43,959 bases of DNA, from positions 1 to 43,959 of the forward strand of contig JANPJS010000298.1 in assembly GCA_031425655.1 (NCBI GenBank). The letters are read 5' to 3'. Below are positions 39,817 to 43,959 of this stretch, piece by piece (positions within the stretch are counted from its first letter, which is position 1; the number at the start of each line of letters is the position of its first letter). The translations under genes and the position numbers were made by a program. The notes beneath the pieces are model-generated. The model saw only the letters and a program-made list of their open reading frames with translations, ran no database searches and was not told where the DNA came from. Source of the DNA: Abditibacteriaceae bacterium (GTDB taxonomy: Bacteria > Armatimonadota > Abditibacteriia > Abditibacteriales > Abditibacteriaceae).

Positions 39817-40097
39817 ACGACTTGGAAACATTGCCTTGTAGCGAGTGTGGCGGGACAACGCAGGCCAAAATGGTCTCCCAGCAATTTGAGCGCGAAGGCA
39901 CGGTAGTCGAAGTGTCCGGAGTGCGCGCTTTAGTTTGCCGGAACTGCGGCGAGACCTATTTTTTGCCGGGCGGCGCGCAGTCTGTAGCGCAGGCGGCGAA
40001 TAGCTTGTTTGAAGTAGCGCGGCGCAACCAGCAGCACAAAGGCAAAGTGGCCGGCGAGGTGAAAAGTGTGTCGAAACGTGCCAAAGCTATTGCGTAA
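39813..40097 (+). CDS. YgiT/MqsA-type zinc-finger protein without an HTH
   Basis: CSECGG...V.ALVCRNCGETY. GTGA-coupled to the previous gene. Confidence 0.85.
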   Translation: MNDLETLPCSECGGTTQAKMVSQQFEREGTVVEVSGVRALVCRNCGETYFLPGGAQSVAQAANSLFEVARRNQQHKGKVAGEVKSVSKRAKAIA

Positions 40098-40112
40098 CTA
40101 AGAACTGAATCA

Positions 40113-40448
40113 ATGCTTGTTGTCTGTGATTATCTGAACGGGGTTGTGGAAATGCCGGACGAAAGGTCGTATGAGATTTGCTTTCGTTGGCCTCAGCCGC
40201 GCTGCCACGCAGATGTCATTGACACGATTGTTGATCCTGACGAAGTGCGAATTGATTCGCAGGTTGTTTATGGCGACGGGCATGTTTTGATTGGAAAGAT
40301 TTATCTCTTTTGTCGTTGGTTCGACGAGATAAACGATGGGAGTCATGTCGTAGCCGCTATCTGCGAAGGCGGACTTCATGAATACCGTTATATCAATTCC
40401 TTCCATACCAAAGAGCTGACAACAGGCGAACGCCGATGGAGTCGCTGA
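40113..40448 (+). CDS. Diverged paralog of the 39272-39592 toxin
   Basis: Shares MLV..DYL, DTI.DPDE.R, LFCRWFD and GE..WSR, but lacks the HI..RH histidines. Confidence 0.7.
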   Translation: MLVVCDYLNGVVEMPDERSYEICFRWPQPRCHADVIDTIVDPDEVRIDSQVVYGDGHVLIGKIYLFCRWFDEINDGSHVVAAICEGGLHEYRYINSFHTKELTTGERRWSR

Positions 40449-40526
40449 GAATATCTGAGTTGACGGAGAAAGCGGGAGAATAAACGAGCTTGATTGCCCG
40501 TGAATTATTTCGACGTGAGGTGCCCG

Positions 40527-40793
40527 ATGCGTGCTGTAACGATTGATTGGCCGGATGACGTGGAAGCAGAGTATCAGTTTTCCGATGTCGAACTGGCGCG
40601 GCATATTCGCCTGATGGCGGCGTTGAAAATGTTCGAGCTGGGCGAGATTTCATCGGGGAAAGCCGCAGAGTTCGCCGGTCTGTCGCGCGTCGAGTTTTTC
40701 GATGCCTGCGGACGTTATAAAGTGCCGGCGGCGAATTATGCGGCAGATGCGCTGATAACCGATTTGCAAACGGCGCGCGAGGCCGCGCGGTGA
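40527..40793 (+). CDS. UPF0175-family putative antitoxin
   Basis: RLMAALKMFELGEISSGKAAEFAGLSRVEF motif. GAGG RBS, ATG at 40527. Confidence 0.85.
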   Translation: MRAVTIDWPDDVEAEYQFSDVELARHIRLMAALKMFELGEISSGKAAEFAGLSRVEFFDACGRYKVPAANYAADALITDLQTAREAAR

Positions 40794-41272
40794 TTGTCGC
40801 CGATGCAGGGCCGCTCATCGCTCTGGCGAAGGTTGACGCGCTTGCACTGATCCAATCACTTTTTGAATTTGTCAGCGTGCCTCAATCCGTTTGGGATGAG
40901 GTTATGGCAAAAAGCGGCGTGGAAGTTGAACGCCTGACGGCAGCCTCAGACGACTTTCTGCGTGTTGAACCGAATGTGGTCTTAGCAGAACCGCTTGCGA
41001 AAACCGTGCGGGGCTTGGGTGCCGGGGAACAACAAGCAATCGCGCTGGCGCTGACACAGGCAAGCGTGCTTTTGGCCGATGATTGGAAAGCTCGGCGGGT
41101 GGCTCAGGCTCTTGGAGTCAGTGTAACCGGCACGGCAGGAGTTCTTTTGTTGGCAAAGGAAAAGGGACTGCTTGACAAGGTGCGGCCACATCTTGAGGCA
41201 ATGCGCCGTGCGGGATATTGGCTTTCGGACGATTTTGTCGAAATGGCGGCCCGCCTCGCAGGGGAAAGTTGA
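40790..41272 (+). CDS. DUF3368 / PIN-domain (VapC-like) toxin
   Basis: IVADAGPLIAL, VP.SV..E, LGAGEQQAIALA, LLADD..ARR, GTAGVL and GYWLS motifs. Confidence 0.88.
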   Translation: MIVADAGPLIALAKVDALALIQSLFEFVSVPQSVWDEVMAKSGVEVERLTAASDDFLRVEPNVVLAEPLAKTVRGLGAGEQQAIALALTQASVLLADDWKARRVAQALGVSVTGTAGVLLLAKEKGLLDKVRPHLEAMRRAGYWLSDDFVEMAARLAGES

Positions 41273-41282
41273 AAGGGAAAAT

Positions 41283-43769
41283 ATGAGTTTGATTGCCCGT
41301 GAAGTTATTCCGATGCGCATCGAAGACGAGATGCGCATCAGTTACACGCGTTACGCGATGAGCGTCATCGTGGGACGCGCGCTGCCGGATGCCCGCGATG
41401 GGTTGAAGCCCGTCCATCGTCGCATTTTGTATGCGATGTTCGACCAGAATATGCTGCCCGACCGGCGCCGCGAAAAGTGCGCGTCGGCGGTCGGCGAAGT
41501 GCTGAAAAAGTATCACCCGCACGGCGATATGAGCGTGTATGATGCGCTGGTGCGCATGGCGCAGGATTTTTCGATGCGCTTTCCGCTCGTGGACGGGCAG
41601 GGCAACTTCGGCAGCGTGGACGGCGACAGCGCCGCTGCGTATCGCTACACCGAAGCGCGTCTGGCCTCCCTTGCGATGGAACTGCTGCGCGACATTGACA
41701 TGGACACGGTGGATTTCGTGCCCAATTTCAGCGAAAGCACGACCGAACCCAGCGTCTTGCCGGCGGTTTACCCGAATATGCTGGTCAACGGTAGTTCGGG
41801 CATCGCGGTCGGCATGGCGACGAATATTCCGCCGCATAATCTCGGCGAAGTCTGCGATGCCGTGGCGATTCTCGTCGAGAACCCGAACGCGACTGTCGCC
41901 GATTTGATGGAAGTCTGTCCCGGCCCCGATTTTCCGACGGCGGGCTTGATTTTGGGCAAAAAGGGCATCCATTCGGCGTATCACACCGGGCGAGGCAGCG
42001 TCATCATGCAGGCGCGGGCGACTATCGAGCCGTTCGATAACGGGCGCCAGGCGATTATCGTCACGGAGCTTCCGTATCAGGTTAACAAGGCGACGCTGAT
42101 TGAAAATATCGCCGCGCTGCACCGCGAAAAGAAGGTCGAAGGCATCAGCGAACTGCGCGACGAAAGCGACCGGACGGGAATGCGGATGGTTATCGAACTC
42201 AAGCGCGATGCCAACCCAAACGTGGTGCTGAATTACCTTTACAAGCACACCACGCTGCGCACCAGCTTCGGCATTAATAACTTGTCCATCGTGGACGGGC
42301 AGCCGCGCGTGCTGACACTGAAACAGTGCTTGGAATACTTCATTGCGCACCGTCAGGAAGTCATTCGTCGGCGCAGCAAGTTTCAACTGACCAAAGCCGA
42401 GGCACGGGCGCATATTCTCGAAGGTCTGCGCGCGATTTTGGCCTCGATTGACGACGTGATTGCCCTGATTCGTTCCAGCGACTCGCGCGAACACGCTCGC
42501 ACGCGCTTAATGAACGAAGGCGTGCCGGCTTATCACGACGGCAAAAAAGCCACGACCGGCGATTTAATAACGCTGTCGGAACTGCAAGCCAACGCCGTGT
42601 TGGATATGCGTTTGGGCCAGCTTACGCAGCTCGACCGCATGAAAATTGATGACGAATACGCCGATTTGATTAAAGAAATCGAGCGTCTGCGCGGCATTTT
42701 GGAAAGCGAAGCCAAAGTGCGCCAGATCATCAAGAACGACATGGCGCGCATCAAAAAAGAATACGCCGACGCGCGTCGCACGCAGCTTGTCGAAACCGAA
42801 GCGCAAGACCTCAAACCCGAAGATTTGATTGCCGAGGAAGACGTGGTTGTGACGATCACGCGCGACGGCTACATCAAAAAGCTGCCCAAAGACACTTATC
42901 GGATGCAGGGTCGCGGCGGCAAGGGCATCATCGGCCTGACGAAGAAGGAAGAAGATGCTGTCGAGCATCTTTTCGTTTGCACGACGCACCATTTGCTGCT
43001 GGTTTTCACCAATCGCGGGCGGGTTTTCCAGATCAAAACCTACGAAGTGCCTTCGGCCAGCCGCCAGTCGCGCGGCACGCCGATTGTCAATCTGCTCAAC
43101 GTCGAACGCGGCGAACAAGTGACGGCGGTGCTGAATATCGCGGACTTTTCCGACAGCAAATACTTGTTCATGGTCACGCGCGAAGGCACCGTGAAAAAGA
43201 CGGCTCTGGTTGATTACGCCAACAAGCGTCAGGGCGGACTGATTGCCATCAATTTGGAAGGCAAAGATGAGCTTCGCTTCGTTTTCCAGACCGACGGTCA
43301 CAAGGAAATCATTCTCGCATCGCGTCAGGGCATGAGCATTCGCTTCAACGAAAGCAACGTGCGCTCGACGGGCCGCAACACCATGGGCGTAACCGGAATG
43401 CGTTTCAAGCACAAGAAGGATTACATCGTCGGCGCAGCGGTCGCGGCGCCGCAGGATCACGTTTTGACGATTAGCGAAACCGGATTGGGCAAGCGCAGCT
43501 TGGTCGAAGATTACCGCGTGCAGGCGCGCGGCGGCACCGGCGTGATGACCTTGAAAGTGACGGAAAAAACCGGCGAACTCGTCAACTTGCAACTGGTGAC
43601 CGAAGGCGAAGAATTGATGATTATCACCAAAAAAGGCGTGATAATTCGCCAAAGCATTGATACGATTCGTGAAACCGGACGCATCGCGCAGGGCGTGAAA
43701 CTCATTCGCTTAGGCGAAGGCGATCAAGTCGCCGCCGTCGCCAAGATTCTTCGAGAAGAGGAAGAGTAA
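41283..43769 (+). CDS. gyrA: DNA gyrase subunit A
   Basis: [37 protein letters not shown] (catalytic Tyr), GyrA-box QGRGGKG and beta-pinwheel repeats. Start trimmed to ATG 41283. Confidence 0.96.
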   Translation: MSLIAREVIPMRIEDEMRISYTRYAMSVIVGRALPDARDGLKPVHRRILYAMFDQNMLPDRRREKCASAVGEVLKKYHPHGDMSVYDALVRMAQDFSMRFPLVDGQGNFGSVDGDSAAAYRYTEARLASLAMELLRDIDMDTVDFVPNFSESTTEPSVLPAVYPNMLVNGSSGIAVGMATNIPPHNLGEVCDAVAILVENPNATVADLMEVCPGPDFPTAGLILGKKGIHSAYHTGRGSVIMQARATIEPFDNGRQAIIVTELPYQVNKATLIENIAALHREKKVEGISELRDESDRTGMRMVIELKRDANPNVVLNYLYKHTTLRTSFGINNLSIVDGQPRVLTLKQCLEYFIAHRQEVIRRRSKFQLTKAEARAHILEGLRAILASIDDVIALIRSSDSREHARTRLMNEGVPAYHDGKKATTGDLITLSELQANAVLDMRLGQLTQLDRMKIDDEYADLIKEIERLRGILESEAKVRQIIKNDMARIKKEYADARRTQLVETEAQDLKPEDLIAEEDVVVTITRDGYIKKLPKDTYRMQGRGGKGIIGLTKKEEDAVEHLFVCTTHHLLLVFTNRGRVFQIKTYEVPSASRQSRGTPIVNLLNVERGEQVTAVLNIADFSDSKYLFMVTREGTVKKTALVDYANKRQGGLIAINLEGKDELRFVFQTDGHKEIILASRQGMSIRFNESNVRSTGRNTMGVTGMRFKHKKDYIVGAAVAAPQDHVLTISETGLGKRSLVEDYRVQARGGTGVMTLKVTEKTGELVNLQLVTEGEELMIITKKGVIIRQSIDTIRETGRIAQGVKLIRLGEGDQVAAVAKILREEEE

Positions 43770-43773
43770 TTTT

Positions 43774-43818
43774 TGTCTCTCGTCCTGCCCAGAGGGCACC
43801 CGACGCCAAGTCGCCAAG
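43774..43818. repeat. GCAAAGAC-family repeat arm carrying hairpin module copy 6 (43783-43801)
   Basis: TGTCTCTCG[TCCTGCCCAGAGGGCACCC]GACGCCAAGTCGCCAAG. Confidence 0.85.
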
Positions 43819-43916
43819 AGGAGCCGCAGAATTGTAAGTGTTGTTTGCTTCCCTCAAATTGCCTTTTGGTTATTTTAGAGGCAGTGTGAAAAGTGCCAAC
43901 TGCGGCAAAGGGTTTT

Positions 43917-43942
43917 GTCATTCTGAGCTTGCGAAGAATCTC
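43917..43942. repeat. GTCATT-type REP left arm (continues beyond the window)
   Basis: GTCATTCTGAGCTTGCGAAGAATCTC is identical to 5035-5060. Confidence 0.85.
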
Positions 43943-43959
43943 GGCGTTTTCGCACCCAT

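Noticed and set aside
41118..43652. Long antisense ORFs (458 aa and 362 aa here; similarly 7540-8358, 13328-14251, 30627-31577, 33402-34205, 36990-37658)
   Set aside because: Shadow ORFs opposite well-supported genes in GC-rich DNA, with no recognisable motifs.

Overview
About 44 kb of GC-rich (roughly 55-60% by eye) bacterial chromosome. Gene style and repeat content suggest an Armatimonadota/Abditibacteriota-like organism (inference only). Left to right: (i) an AT-rich ORF, a degenerate 21-bp-periodic array and an internally duplicated Ala-rich helical protein; (ii) a multidomain secreted S8 protease; (iii) a truncated HicA toxin and a nested REP/MITE element; (iv) a ~12.7-kb minus-strand run: LivJ/K-LivH-LivM without LivG/F, a BMP nucleoside-type ABC transporter with an HD hydrolase between its permeases, tandem-domain PTPS, folE, M20 amidohydrolase and fused AhbAB siroheme decarboxylase; (v) DUF5060 glycoside hydrolase, greA, WD40 protein, class V aminotransferase, VOC protein, aldo-keto reductase, FAD oxidoreductase, membrane protein, GH129/DUF5696-like protein, serine hydrolase, LOG protein and an apparently inactive GH39-like protein; (vi) an inverted-repeat-flanked GxxExxY pseudogene; (vii) gyrB and gyrA separated by a 2-kb, six-gene toxin-antitoxin cluster. 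The most unusual signals are: an 18-19-nt hairpin module ((T/A/C)CC(T)GCCCAGAGGGCRCCC) found six times, always inside other palindromic repeats, and replacing exactly 4 nt where the uninterrupted form can be read; the 21-bp array next to the unknown duplicated protein; and the TA cluster coupled into the gyrBA operon. No rRNA, tRNA, CRISPR array or intact transposase was seen. All family assignments come from motif recognition, not database searches.
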